64,000 nt of DNA from Thalia democratica (lineage: Eukaryota). Location: NCBI GenBank assembly GCA_965202585.1, contig OZ241829.1:65782001-65846000 (forward strand). Direction: 5' to 3'. Each line of letters starts with the position of its first letter. Within the stretch, counting starts at the first letter, position 1. Below, one piece after another: positions 39,601 to 52,163 of this stretch. The position numbers and the translations under genes are program-made. The notes under the pieces are model-generated. The model was not told the DNA's origin, did no database searches, and saw only the letters and a list, made by a program, of their open reading frames with translations.

Positions 39601-42600
39601 GCATTACGAATGCAACGATCAGTACCCGATAACCGTTCCCGACGACTTCTTCGGGGCGAAATGCACCAGCAGCGGCGCGTGGGTGGGCGCGTATGGAAAA
39701 TACCATCCTTCGCATGAAAAACCTCACGATATTAAAATGGACGACAAGAAGTTCAAGGAAAAGTTTGGAAAATGCGTCACTGGTATTTTTAATTTTTAAT
39801 GTTTAGTCAACCTTTTTGTGTTTATAATTCACTTGAAGTAAGCTAGTAGCAGTTTATAGTTTTTTAGTTAGAAATTACGTTCGAAAAGGTACATGATGTC
39901 AATTTCAAATTATTTTGATTTAAAAACTAAACTGCTACCACCAGTATCTTTGAAATATGTTGTTCCTAGGTTAACAATTACCACTTCTAATTAAGTTTTT
40001 AGCAAGCCTTTATGTTTCCAATTTTAGTTTGTTAAAACTTTTTTTTTACAATTGTCTATATTGACCCATGTACGACTCTGTTCTCGGCATGCTTTTTAGA
40101 AATTGCGCGGGATTTTTAAAAGGTTTATAAAATAAATTTATTTTAAAAATGCAAAATTTATTTCAGAGTGTGAGTTTCCCGATCCACATAACTCAATAAA
40201 AACTGTGCTAAAATATCTTGAAGTCAATGCGTCATACTCCATACCTTCAGTCGTCAGGTACACCTGTAACGAGGGTTACCATTGGACGCGGGTGGCAGTT
40301 GTGAGCTGTCGCCACCAAGATATTCAAGATAAAGGTCCTTTCGGAAGATTAAACACGCTGCTTGGATTCTGTGCACCCGGTTAGCTTCTTTTAGTTTCAA
40401 AGATAAATTTTTGTAAACAAATTACAAAACAACTGAATGTTTTAAATTAACGACCGTAAGTATTTATCTTTTCTGTTTTTTAATATGTCGAATAATTTAG
40501 TTTTGTTAAAGCCTTTCAGCGCAAAGTATTGCTACTGAAGTTTGTACATAAGTTTAAGGTAAAATAAAAAATTACTAATAACTTTTAGCTTGCCCGCCAC
40601 TCCCATTTTTAATACGAAACGGGGTTAAGCGAGTTATTAGGCAACCGAATCGAAGGAGCTTGGTTTCCTTCTCGACAACCATACACTACTTTTGCAACCA
40701 AGGATTCACTCCGACTTTTGTAAACAGCCGATACAGTTGCAACTACGCTGGGAGCTGGCAAAATTCAGAGCTGAACCCTAGGTGTTTGAGGCGTAAGTTG
40801 TAACAATATTGATAAGTGTTTGTTTATCAGTCCACCTACTATTTGACTTTAAGGCTGCCCTAACCTGCAAAACGATCCGTACGGAAGTCTTGAAGCATCT
40901 GTACAAGCTCGGACTAATTTCTATCTGGCCGGTGACCGAGTTGAACTAAGCTGTGATGATGACTACGTGTTGAGCTCAGACTTAACAGCTTCAAGTACAA
41001 CTTTGTCCTGCCTGTCAAACGGAAGGTGGAATTACGAAAAAATACCGGTTTGTATTAAAAGTGAGTTACGCTAATCAAAAGCTTTTATTCTTATTCTGTT
41101 GAACTTTCATTTATGTAAGAAAAAAATTTAAGACGTTCTTTTATTTTGACACCTACACTTGTTTCAGAAGTTTTTAAGCACTAAAATTAGTGACCTAACA
41201 AGTTTAGTTGATTCGTTTTTTCATTAGTTTAAATGCATTTAAACTAATTTATTAACTTAATTTTATCTACAATATACTTCTTTTCTACTCAATTTGTTTA
41301 TTTTAAGGATGTGACGACCCTCCTCGAGGCGACTTTCTAAATTCCACGATAAAGTTCAGTCACGCGCAAGGAGAATACTGGTCGTACACCGTAGTGGAGT
41401 ACGTATGCAAGGAAAAACACACTTTTAAATATCCCGATGAGGACGGGACTCGCACTTGTGAAGGAGACGCAAACTGGAGCGATGACTCCCCTCCTGAGTG
41501 TGCTCCCGGTTAATAAATGATGAAAATATTATCACTATCCCAACAAATACTTTTAGTTATATTTAAATCTGTGCGTAAGAAATAACAAATAAACTACACT
41601 TAACAGAATGTGAAACTCCTCCAGCCGTTGAAGGCTCAACAATTAATATTTTAAACGACTCATTTATTGAATACGAATGTTTAGACGGTTATCACATTGA
41701 CAACGAGTCGAACAGCGTTTTCGAGTGCAGGCTCGGTCCTGTTTGGTTTCCCTTGGAAACTCCTGTCTGTCTAAAAGGTAAATAAATACCAGTTTTTACT
41801 GCAAACTGTTTGTTAGACAAATTTCAAGCGTCTAAAAAGATCCTCTCAGGCTCAAATCAATTTCCTACTCTAAAATTTTTTAACGGACTATTTTTAAGTG
41901 TCTTGAAATGTTATCAAATTTATTACGAGTTTATCTTTTCTAGAATGCAACAGCATACCCGTGTACGATAAAACGTTGCCCGCTGTTGTTACAAAGAATG
42001 TTTCAAGGGAGGGCAAGCTTATAACCGGATCATCGTTGAATTTCAGCTGTCAACCAAACTACGGCCTGATCAACTCGATATCGAGTTGTGGCCTCGACGG
42101 CAGATGGACGCCCGAGATCACGTGTGTTCGAGGTATGTATATTTGCACGTGAAAAAATAAATTAAAAACAACTCATTTTTTTGTTCTTAAAGATTGCGGG
42201 AATCCAGACGAGATCGACAACGGATCTTTCCTGGTCAACGAAGAGTCGGATGAGTATCCTGAAGGTGAAGAGGAACTGTACAGCAGCAAGTATCCGCACC
42301 AGGTGACTTATTCTTGCAACCCGTTTCACTCGACGGTTCCCGGAAGCGAGATGGTGTTGAAATGCTCGAATACCAGCTTCACGTTTGAACCTGAGTTGCC
42401 GGTCTGCTTGCCAGGTGACCAAGTCGTATACAAATGTTTAAGCTCATGATTTGTACTAAATTTTATTAAAAGTTTTAATCGGTTTTTTAAAGTTTTAATG
42501 TTTCAATTTATTTTAAAACCACAGAGTGTTCAACCCCGCCAACCAACAATTATTCCACGTTTGATTTTTTCATGAGCACTCACCGTGTCTACCTACCGCC

Positions 42601-45600
42601 GAACAGAATAAAGTACACTTGCGAAGCCGGCTACAGAACTTTGCCTTCAGGTCTCAGCGTGCTGCAGTGCGGTGATGACGGGGAATGGACATTTGATGAT
42701 TTCAAAAGCTGCTACACTGGTTAGATTGTTGACTAGGTTTATTTTGATGGCTTAAAAGTTAAAGTAAAACGGTCAGTTAAAAATATTGCTTAAGTAGTTA
42801 TAGTATATTTTTATTCTACTAAAAGGTGATTACAAAACATAATATTATACTGCTTTAGTAATAATAAAAACATTTTTAAACAACGTTTTTGTAATTGGAA
42901 CTATAAAAGATTACTTTAATTACATTGCGTTTTAAAAAAGTATATTTCTAAAAGCTTTAATACGTCATTCACAATACTTTGAGCAGAGTGTAAACTTTTT
43001 TCATAAGTTTTTATATTTAAATAATACTAAACAAATTTAAAACAGTTAAGCAAAAATTACGGAAAAAATATACAAATACTAATTAAAGTACATTAGTATA
43101 ACTTTTTCCACAACTTTAATAGAAACAGAATGCAATTCTGCGCCCCCACAATTAGACAATGCAACTCAGCATTTCAAATGGCAGTATGAAGGGGTGCATC
43201 TTCCAGGCACGCAAGTCAATTATGTTTGCCAGAACGGCTTCATCATGGCCCCGCAGTTTTTCCAGGGATTTGAATGCAGCGAAAATTCGTTAGAATACGA
43301 CATTCCTCTCACAACCAGAGAGTCGTTTACTTCTGGTGCTTGCTATCCGGGTTAGGTTTCAGAATATATATATATTAATTAAAACTTCTTTTTTGCTTTT
43401 TTATTTAGTTTTTAAGTTTTTTCCCATTTTGAATTAACAAAATTAACTGGAAATCTTCAGACTGTGGCGACTGGCCAGACATCCCGAATGGCAAACGGTT
43501 CACTGCGGATTCACAGTTTTTATCGGACTTGGTAGGAGAAAGACACGTTTTGATAATTTCATCCAACTATTTGTGCAACACAGGATATCTTTACACGAGC
43601 GCAAATAGCCTTGTAACATGCACTGATTCCTCAAAACCACTAGATGTTAAAAGTTGCTCTAGAGGTAATATTTTGTTTATAACTATTTATGAACAAAAAC
43701 ATAAACGTAACTAAAATTAAAAAAATAATATTTAAAAATCTAAACAAAGTTGAAAAGTGTATGTATTCCAGAATGTAAAAGTTTGCCAATTACAAGTATG
43801 GACTTTGCAACCGTCGAATATTACAAAAGGCCAAGGACAGACATTAATGTGGGAGGAACAGAATTCAGGTTTGTTTGCGACCAAGGGTACTTCCTCGTGG
43901 ACCGTCCTGGCTCGTTGCGTGTGAGCTGTGAAAAGCTACGCGACGGTTTTCAAGAAGATCTAGGAATATGCGGAGTCATTGGTTTCAGGTGTGATCTTAA
44001 TGGTATCTGGCACTCTTTGGAAAGATCGCGCTGCATTACAAGTAAATTTAACGTACCACTTTGAATTAAACACTAGTATTTTTTGCATCAAACTAATTGG
44101 CATGTTTAGTAGTTGAGTGAAACGTGTTTAATGAATTTAATTTAGGTTGTCTGACACCACCAAGCGACGATTTGGCAACTTGGAAAATTACCAGCACATA
44201 TTGGGAAGGAAGACTGTTCACCGACACGGTTGTAGAGTACACTTGTCCTGAAACCCACACGCTGACCAACTTCACTGATTCAACTCGTATATGTGGAAGA
44301 GACGGAAGTTGGAGCGATCCTGTTGCACCCAGCTGTATCCCTAGTAATATTCGTTATTATTTTTAGTGAACTCTAGTTTCCAGAGCTTTAGCTTATAGTT
44401 TTACCTCATTAAATACTTTTAAAGTAACGTGTTACAATACACATAAAACTATTTTTCTTAGCTGTTAAATCTCACGTACGATGAAAATAAAAGTTTATGA
44501 ACACTTTGGACACGCTACCAAAGTAAATTCTAAGGAGTGATATAGCTAACGTGTACTAAGTAATGATAATTATTGAGTATTTAATTTTCAGTTTTAAACC
44601 TTTATACTATCAATACTTCTTATGACAATCACTTCTGCATTAAAACATACATATGGGAAATCAACTACTTTTTTTTGTAAAACTTACTAATTTACGCAGC
44701 TTAATGAGTTTAAGGACGTCTGCTTAAGTTTTGTGTTCAATTTAGCTAACTTTAAGTCTTTTGCATAAAAATTTGGCTTTTAGATGGAAGACAATATATC
44801 AAAAAAACTTAATTACTGTTTACAAAAAGTTTGCCTTCTTTGGCAACAAATATAACTGTACCAAATATTGATTAGTTATAAAAGTTTTGAAAATTTCAAC
44901 AAATTTCAGTTTGCGAACTGTTGCCAACTTCCATCGAGAACGGTCAATTCCACCAGTTGACCGATCAGCATGCCAGCATGAAAGATGTAGAAGGAACAAG
45001 GAAGAGTTACGTTTGCGACGAAGGCTACCACCTGCTCATATCCTCTTACTTTCCAGCTTCTTTTACATTCCACTGCAACCAACAAGTACCTCCGAATGCT
45101 GTGCAGTGGAATGAAGTCAGTTCTGGGAGCCAAGTGGCAAAACCGTTGTGCATTAAAAGTTGGTGTTTTTTTATTAAACGTTGTATATGAAAAGCAATAT
45201 ACGCCTTATTGATAAAAAATTTTCAGGACAATGTAAAGCGTATCAAATAATAACGGATGCTCATTCGTACGATGAGGCAGTTGAAAAGTGCGACAATTTG
45301 TCTGCAGACCTTCTTGGACCAACCCTTGACGATGTAGATTATGAAAAGTTTGTTTTAAAACACTTTGCTAACCCTACTACTTTTCTAGTTACGTTTTATA
45401 AAAAGAAAAAATTGCATTCAAAACGGTGATTGTTTATTTTCTATAACATTAAAAATGTAAACTTATACAACAGGTATTTGAAGGCTATAACTCAGCACAT
45501 GAGTGATGAAAACTTCGAGTACACTTACATCTACGGAAAGCCAGAATTGAGCGACACCTTTTTAAACTGGTGTTCAGGCTTCCCAAAACCTTCCGCCTCT

Positions 45601-47954
45601 TCGATCTGCTATTTCATCCGCACAAACGGCTTCTGCGTTGTTAATTTAGACTGTGAAAGCAAACGGCCGATTGTATGCGAAGTTGACCGCTTCGAGCTTA
45701 GGCCAAGAGAAGAGTCAAACTCATACCAGTTTGCCGACGATGCTTGCAGATCGGTAGAAGGTACCCTGATGTCTACGACTTTTTTCATCCCTGCTTATAT
45801 GCCGTAAGTACTTTAGAGAAGTTATCTTTGTTTTTCTTGTTATTTGCATTGACAAATTTCGGTACTTGAATAGTAGAAAACGGTAAGTTAAAACATTTTG
45901 AAACTGAAATGTTTATTTTTATTAAAGTTCAACTGAGTTGACAAGTCGAGCAAAAATAATAATAAGCCGTATTTTGAAAATATTTATATGAACATCTTTA
46001 ATATTTTACCACATTCATAGAGAACAATAATAAAAAACAAGGGTTTATGTTGTCACAAAAACATTTTCTCAGGTCAAAATAGTTTTGCTAAACTTTTAAA
46101 AACTGTACAAATAACTAATTTCTGGAGGTAAAACTAAGCACTTAAAATCTACATGTATTATACTATACCCAAATTACAGTCGAATAAAGAAGATCATAGA
46201 CACATTACCAGGAAGCAAGATGTGGACTGGTTTGCAGCGGCCCGGGTCCGATTATTCCGCAAACGACTTCGTCACCCTGCCCGACGGTAAAAGAATTCTG
46301 ATATCTCAAATATCGCAGTTCTGCCGGCGCGAACCCGACAACTTCCAAAGCATTCAGCATTGCGTGGACTACATCCGAGATCGCGGCTGTTTGAGCGACT
46401 TCGGGTGCTACCAATCCTACCAGGCTTCAATCTGCGAAATTGCCGTCTGCTCAGCTCGAGACGCCAAAGTGCCAAATCTTCCTTACACGAGATGCAGCAG
46501 AGGAAGCTGGTACGTTTCAGCTGACAGATCAGAACGACTTGTCTGTTACGCAGGTACAACAACTGTTTCAAATATCGTTTTAGTATTTTTTACTATCAAT
46601 TTTGATTCTTCAGATGTTCAGCATTTGTTTTCAGACTTGTATACTACAGTAGAATTATTTTAAGACTAAAAAACATGTTACTATGTAAATTTTTCTATAT
46701 CGTTTTTCAACTTAATGTTTTTAAATTTCCGTAATTACTTAAATGACAACTTATAACTTTTTATAATTTAGTACAATTTAGTAAATATATACACGTTTTC
46801 GTAAGTTAATTAGGATAAAAGTAAAGTTAAAAGTTGCTTAAAGCTTTCATGAGTTCATTCATGAGTTTAAAACTTAGAAAATATATTCAAATAGATAAGT
46901 ATTGCTACCTAAGCTAAAATAGAAGTCAAACTGAATTAAGACTCAAGTAACAAATTGTATGAGTTTTGTCTACAATTATTTGTAATTGGACTATAAATGC
47001 AAGAAAAATAAGTACCGTTTTGAACTAAAATTATAATAACAGTATAATAAGTGTATTTGCCACAAGCTCATATCAAGTGCTTTATATAAGTAATTAAAAG
47101 CTTATGATAAAAATTACGCACAAATTCTATTCAAAAAAGCCAAGCAAAGACTTTAAGCATGTAGCATTCTGTTTGTACATTTGTAGACAAACTACTTATT
47201 CAAAAAGAGATGAACTGATCCTTCTCTATATACAATTCATCAACGACATTACTTTATAAAACAGGATTTGACATCAAACTGACAACGGAAAAAGGAAGTT
47301 GGGAAGAAACAAGAGACATGTGCGAAGATATGGGAGGTCAACTGGTCCACAACACTTTGAAGAGATACGTTGGAAGACTTCGTACATCGTATAAGGAGTA
47401 AGTAGCTAAAGAATTTACTCAAGTTAAGTTGTGTATTGCTACTGAGCAAGTGTAATGAACAAGTTTTTAAAATTTGGTATTATCCATTCAAGCTCATTAG
47501 ATTGATTATTTTTATAAATCTTTTGATAAAACGTGTTTTGGACGTGGAATAAAACATGACACTTTATTTTTTTTTTTACCATTTCAAAATCTCATTGAGC
47601 ATAAGTTTTTTCTACATTAATAAAATCTTAAATTAAATATTGAAAAATAAAAATTTTGAAATTTTTCACTTATTCAGTTTGGTGGAAGAAGCGATTGACA
47701 GCAACGATGTTTGGATCGGATGCCAGCGGGCCAAGGACAAAACTTTGAACAGCGAGTTCCAACTGTTGAACGGCGAATATTTGTTCGCTTCCCGCGCAAA
47801 CCCGTTTGAACAGCTGCTCTACTATTGGTCGGCTTCAGTGCCACGTGACACCGAGCTCGATCAAGCCGTTGTCATAAGGCACGAGAAAAAAGCGCTCGAA
47901 AACTTGCCCAAGTCACAAGAACTTTACGGGCTTTGTGAAATTGGACATTATTGA
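33677..47954 (+). CDS. Giant sushi/CCP-repeat plus C-type lectin protein: 26 CCP domains, CTLD1, CTLD2, short Cys/Trp linker, CTLD3; about 2,225 aa from the first CCP exon; start exon not securely identified
   Basis: 31 GT-AG exons join into one open frame of 6,677 nt ending in TGA. CCP exons (all phase 1-1, typical C..C..C..W..C pattern, with W missing in some): 33677-33883, 34109-34306, 34735-34932, 35347-35535, 35957-36163, 36769-36966, 37277-37474, 37686-37874, 38050-38256, 38358-38555, 38735-38947, 39231-39431, 39489-39782, 40167-40379, 40589-40792, 40854-41060, 41308-41508, 41607-41777, 41944-42132, 42193-42414, 42525-42719, 43129-43350, 43461-43664, 43772-44041, 44146-44343, 44910-45158. 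Lectin exons: 45227-45347, 45474-45803, 46180-46553, 47265-47397, 47678-47954 (phases 1-2, 2-2, 2-1, 1-2, 2-stop). CTLD hallmarks: SYDEAVEKC, SWEETRDMCEDMGGQL, MWTGL, VWIG, REPDN..HCV, IVCE/SICE/GLCE. Confidence 0.92.
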
Positions 47955-50900
47955 TTTATTCTGTTTTTGTTTTTTCTATAAGTTAGTTTTTTCTATAAAA
48001 CTCAAACTTGTATCAAATGATTTCTTTTAAAATTGTATGAGATTTAAATTTTAAATTTAGATTTTATAACGATATTTATCGTTTATATTTTGTCTAGTAG
48101 TATGTTTGATATATTAAGATATGGATAATAAAAAAATTAGAAATATTCTGTTTTATTATATTTCAATTTTATTAAGCTTTGCATTTTGTTAAACTCCCGA
48201 AAACTAAATTTTATTTCTCAAACTTTCAAGTATTGGATTATAACAATTTTATAATTGTGTACTTTGAAAAGTTTCACTTGAAATAAAAGTTGTTTTTTTA
48301 CTTCGTTGTTTACTTATTATACTTTAGTTTTAAAGGTTTGATTTATAATACTAAAGTTGTGGAGTGTATTAAGCAAAATTATATTTTTTAAATAATCATA
48401 AGTATTTCAAGTTTCTAATATAAAGTATAAGCAAATATAAGACTTAAAATAGTTTTCTTAAGGACGCTACAGTTTAAAATAAAAAAGACTATTTTTTATA
48501 ATCAAATTTACCCAAGGTAAGTATTAAATTTTAATATATGTTTCTTAACATTTTTAAGCTACTTAAAAATGTAGCAGTAGGTAAAGTTTTTGTCTTAGAA
48601 AAACAAAAAAGACCTTGTGAGTAATTTTTGTGATAGTTTGTTTTAACTATGACTTAGCATGTTTAAAAATATCACGAAGCAGCAAATATATATAAATGTA
48701 ATGAATAAAAACATAAAAAATTAATTGATCTTTTAGGTCAAAAAAAAGCTATGCTGTTTTCTTTAGCCTTAATAAAAAGTGTAATATGTAAAAAAGTAAA
48801 AAAAAAAACTTAAGACTTTTTTAAATTGAATAAAAAATAAAAGTTTCTCTAAATTTATTCGAAACGTTTTGAATTTTATAAATAATAGAAGAGTAGAAAA
48901 ATAAGTTGACTTTTAAGATCATGAAATTACTTTTTAATGTTTTGATATAATCGAAACAAAAAAGTTATTATCTATAAAGCAAAAATAAACGTTTAAAATT
49001 TTTTTTTAACTGAATACGAACCTTAGACTCAACTCCTTTATATTATCTCAAAAATGTGTTTAAATATTATAAAGAATACCCATGTAATAAAAATAGATAG
49101 GCTCTTATATACAAAATAATGTAGTTTTTGTTTTATCTTAATTAAAATTATTATACCTATGAAGTTAGATTATAATGTTTTTTATCTAAACTTGTTATAA
49201 ATCATAAGCTCAATTAATTTTTTTTGAAACGTGTTTATTCTTATAGATATAAACAATTAAAAAATAATTGAACTTTAGGTCACAAAGTTTTTTTTGATAA
49301 CTCTATCTAAAAAAATTTGGTACTGAAAAACCAAGAAGTTTGAGCAAGATCTTGTTTGTTAAAATTGAAAAAAATTATAAGTGTAACAGATTAAATTAAA
49401 ACTGAGTAAAAGTTAAAAAAAAGTTTTCAAAATGCACGAATATCTAAAAGCTTCTCTTTCCCACTATAATAATATTAAAAGTTGTTTATACTCCACATCA
49501 TACATCATGTAAACTTTTCCTTTTAAAATAAAGTTTTACAAAAAAAAAGTTTTTTTATTTTAAGGAAAATTAATATATCTTTTGAATATTGAAAATATAA
49601 AATACTCGATATGACAAAATGCAAGAAATAAAAATAAATAAATTCATCAATTTTGTTGTCTACAAAATGTTGAATTGAATTAACAAAATCTTAATTAATG
49701 TTTAAAAAAAAGAAAATTTAAACTTATTAATGAAAATATAAGTAATCAAACTAAATAGTAACGCTAAAAAAAATAAGGAATTTTTCTTACCATGACGAAA
49801 TATACCGATTGAATAAGCAATTAGCAAGGCCTTATAATCGTTCTACATAATGAAAATATGACAAACAATGTTGTTTGCTGTTTTTTTTTTTTACTTTGAA
49901 GTATTTCAAACAACTCATATAGATATTATGAATATGCTTGCGGTACGTTGTAAAAAAGTAGAACGAAAAATATAAATTTTTAAAACTTTACATCGGAAAG
50001 CTACGAGAATTAGAATATGGTGTAAGCCTAGCTTTAAATGATTTAGTTTCTTAAACTTAGATCGTACATCTTAGAAAATAATTTAGTTAGTGGAACGTCA
50101 TATACAATGTTTTTTCTAACAAAAATTCCAGCACGGACCAAAAGTTATTTGATTTCGTAGGAAGAGTACCAGAATTAGTTTACTAAACCGCCTCAAATCT
50201 ACTTGAACATAACGTTTTAATAAAAAAAATGTTTTAGATTTAAAACTCTTTATTTCTGGAAATCTAGCAATTCTGCTGGAAGGAATTATTTAAGCTTCAC
50301 GCCAAATTCTTGCGATTCAAAACGAATGTTTACAATCTAAATACTTCAACAAACACCGACACGTATTAAAAAAAAAGATTACTGAGGATTAACTAAGAAG
50401 TTCATTGTAACTTTAATTGAAAGTGATATACAAACTAGTTTTTTAAAAACGACATTTTATTCTTACGAAAGATAAAATAGAAAAACGACTTTTAAGATAG
50501 TTATTGAAAAAACTTTGGTCAAAATATATTTATGAGTTATGTGAAAAAACATTTATTTTAAGCTTCTAAGTTTCGAAAAATAACTGTTACATGTTAAATA
50601 ATGGTTTCAACTGCTGAGCTGATTTTAGTAACAAGTTTAGTTGGGTTACAAGTTGTTGAATATTTTATAACATTTTTTGTTTATTATAACGATTATTTTC
50701 AGGAAAAAAAAAACTTTTCATTAGTTTTTATAATTTTACACTTGAAATTTTATGCTTACTTTGCTAATTTTATTTTGTAACCCAAGACACATTTTACCCA
50801 ATCTGATTTTTTCTATAGATAGTACATTATATTCTTTTTAGTTTTTAAAAAACAACAAATTGAAAACTAAAATAAGTGATAGTTATATAAAACTTATAAA

Positions 50901-51347
50901 CTTTTAAGTTTATTGAAAACGACAAAAAAATTGACATTCGGTAATATGGTCAAGGGAACTGATTTATGCTTAAATCTTTAAAAATATCAAAGAATTAAAT
51001 TAATTAATAAACTCTAAAAATTTTTATACTGTAGATAAATGATTAGAAGAATATCTACATAAGTGACTTGTTGCATTTGCATAAATAATCTGAGTAACTT
51101 TTTAACTTTTTTATAACTGTGTTTCTAAAAGTTGGCATAATAGCTTTTAAAAAGTTATTTTACTGTATTAGTGCTGATTAAATGTTTTTGTTAAACGTGT
51201 TTTTAAAAGAATTTCTATATTTTTTTTTTGGGTAGATCTCAGCACTTATAACAAAAGAAAAAGTATTCAAACTAACAATGTCATAAATATCACTTCATTT
51301 CAATTTTAACACAAAACTGTTAAATATTTTAAACATAATTTATTTTT

Positions 51348-52163
51348 TCACCATTCCTTTATGTTCTTTTCCGAAGAAACGAATTCACCGTTCGGGGACT
51401 CCACCCCGGCCGGAAGCGTCGCCAGGTAAACGGGGGCTTCGGCGCCCTGATCGGGCGTCCTCGAGGCCTTATCCCCGCCCAAGTCCGTCTTCACCCATCC
51501 GGGGCACACCGCGTTGATTATGACGTCACTACCCTTTAGCTTCCTGGCCCACACGAAGGTGAGCGCGGACATGCCGACCTTGGACATTCCGTACGGCTGC
51601 TCCACGAACCCGTCTTCCTTGCAAGTCCCCCTCCGGCAGCTCTCGACGAACTCCTCCATCTTCCCCGTCAGCTCCTCCTCCGTCAGCGTCTCCCTCCTGA
51701 AGAACTTTTGGTTCTCCTCGCTCAACTGCTTGAGGTACATGATGCTCAAAGTGCTGGACACGTTGACGATCCTGCCACCCTTCCTCACAATAGGAAACAG
51801 GATCCTGCTGATGTCGACGGTTCCAGTGTAGTTCGTCCTCACGCAGTCCTCCGCCTTTTTCACTAGCGGCGTCGCGTCGGTCGAGTTGTACGCGATGCCC
51901 GCGTTGTTCACGATGACGTCGATGCCCCCGTACTGTGACGTCATGAAGCTTTTGAGCCGCTCGATGCTCTTGACGTCGCAAACGTCCAATTCGTGGAACT
52001 GGGGGTAGAGTCCCTCTCTCTCAAGGGTCTTCACCGCCTCCCTGCCGCGCTGCTCGTTCCTGGACAGAATGAAGACGTCCCCGTCGAACTTCTGGCACAG
52101 CCCCCTGACGATGGCGAGCCCGATGCCCTTGTTGGAACCCGTTACTATGGCAACATTTGTCAT
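51348..52163 (-). CDS. CBR1: Carbonyl reductase [NADPH] 1-like short-chain dehydrogenase/reductase, intronless, 271 aa
   Basis: True start is MTNVAIVTGSNKGIG (ATG at 52,163); the upstream extension in the ORF track is AT-rich non-coding sequence. Motifs: Rossmann TGxxxGIG, NNAG, VNVSS, catalytic YGMSK, CPGWVKTD, GAEAPVYLA, C-terminal W. The order matches animal CBR1/CBR3, including the helical insertion before the catalytic Tyr. Orthology to CBR1 specifically is not shown. Confidence 0.93.
   Translation of the reverse strand: MTNVAIVTGSNKGIGLAIVRGLCQKFDGDVFILSRNEQRGREAVKTLEREGLYPQFHELDVCDVKSIERLKSFMTSQYGGIDVIVNNAGIAYNSTDATPLVKKAEDCVRTNYTGTVDISRILFPIVRKGGRIVNVSSTLSIMYLKQLSEENQKFFRRETLTEEELTGKMEEFVESCRRGTCKEDGFVEQPYGMSKVGMSALTFVWARKLKGSDVIINAVCPGWVKTDLGGDKASRTPDQGAEAPVYLATLPAGVESPNGEFVSSEKNIKEW

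Noticed and set aside
41320-41335. RGD tripeptide in CCP17 (DDPPRGDF)
   Set aside because: The paralogous CCP6 has EGD at this position and the site lies in the constrained N-terminal segment. It is probably coincidental.
51348-52163. Bacterial contamination or bacterial horizontal transfer of the SDR gene
   Set aside because: The protein has the animal CBR insertion and C-terminus, and it is embedded with identical flanks in both duplicate copies.
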